Part shown: positions 40,237 to 40,391 of the stretch, piece by piece | Position numbering within the stretch: the first letter of the stretch is position 1 | Layout of the letters: the number at the start of each line of letters is the position of its first letter | NCBI GenBank assembly: GCA_037137755.1 | Contig: JBAXJR010000021.1 | Coordinates: forward strand, 1-40,391 | Length of the DNA stretch: 40,391 nt | Direction: 5' to 3' | Origin: Methanomicrobiales archaeon | GTDB taxonomy: Archaea > Halobacteriota > Methanomicrobia > Methanomicrobiales > Methanospirillaceae | Program-made: the position numbers and the translations under genes | The notes under the pieces: generated by a model | The model's database searches: none | What the model was told of the DNA's origin: nothing | What the model saw: only the letters and a program-made list of their open reading frames with translations

Positions 40237-40391
40237 TCACTCCGTCAGTTCAAATTTCGCAATTCTGTACCCCGGGCGCAGGTGTGCCTTTCCGCAGGTC
40301 TTGCACCGGTAACGGACATTGATCTTCTTGGTCGGCTTGTCCCCACCGGGTACTTTTGAGAATTTCCCCATATTCCCGACATGGCCTCTTC
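40237..40391 (-). CDS. rpl44e: 50S ribosomal protein L44e (5' end outside window)
   Basis: Manual translation ..[46 protein letters not shown]. Confidence 0.96.
   Translation of the reverse strand, partial: RGHVGNMGKFSKVPGGDKPTKKINVRYRCKTCGKAHLRPGYRIAKFELTE

Noticed and set aside
1-40391. CRISPR array, cas genes or rRNA
   Set aside because: No regularly spaced direct repeats, cas-like ORFs or rRNA signatures were seen.

Overview
Archaeal chromosomal window; gene content and organisation point to a Methanomicrobiales-type methanogen (inference). The first ~8 kb is accessory. It holds a decayed type IIG restriction-modification pseudogene cut by an intact IS701-family (ISAba11-like) element (13-bp TIRs, 5-bp TTATA target duplication), then xerA with a dif-like palindrome overlapping its promoter. 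A 1.5-kb gene-free stretch with degenerate ORB-like boxes, a lipoprotein, tRNA-Gln and a Zn-ribbon/TPR protein follow. The rest is mostly core genome. It includes Lsm plus a C34/TFEbeta-like gene, a triple fructose-bisphosphate cluster (class I FBPase, class II aldolase, bifunctional FBP aldolase/phosphatase) close to phosphoribulokinase (RHP pathway), cdc48-hsp20, ADP-forming acyl-CoA synthetase and thiC. It continues with an nrdG-kinase-TIM barrel-rnz operon, a RecJ-like protein, tRNA-Pro, a DUF89 phosphatase, site-2 protease, RNase HII, ferredoxin-GGR, EndoQ and the rpl44e-rps27e-aIF2alpha-nop10-PAC2 operon. Interspersed surface/membrane genes include a prokaryotic pentameric ligand-gated ion channel next to a repeat-containing lamin-tail-domain protein, a bestrophin-like protein, a LEA_2 lipoprotein and a 59-aa tail-anchored protein missed by the ORF track. 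No CRISPR array or rRNA was seen. All calls come from motif recognition by eye; no searches were run.
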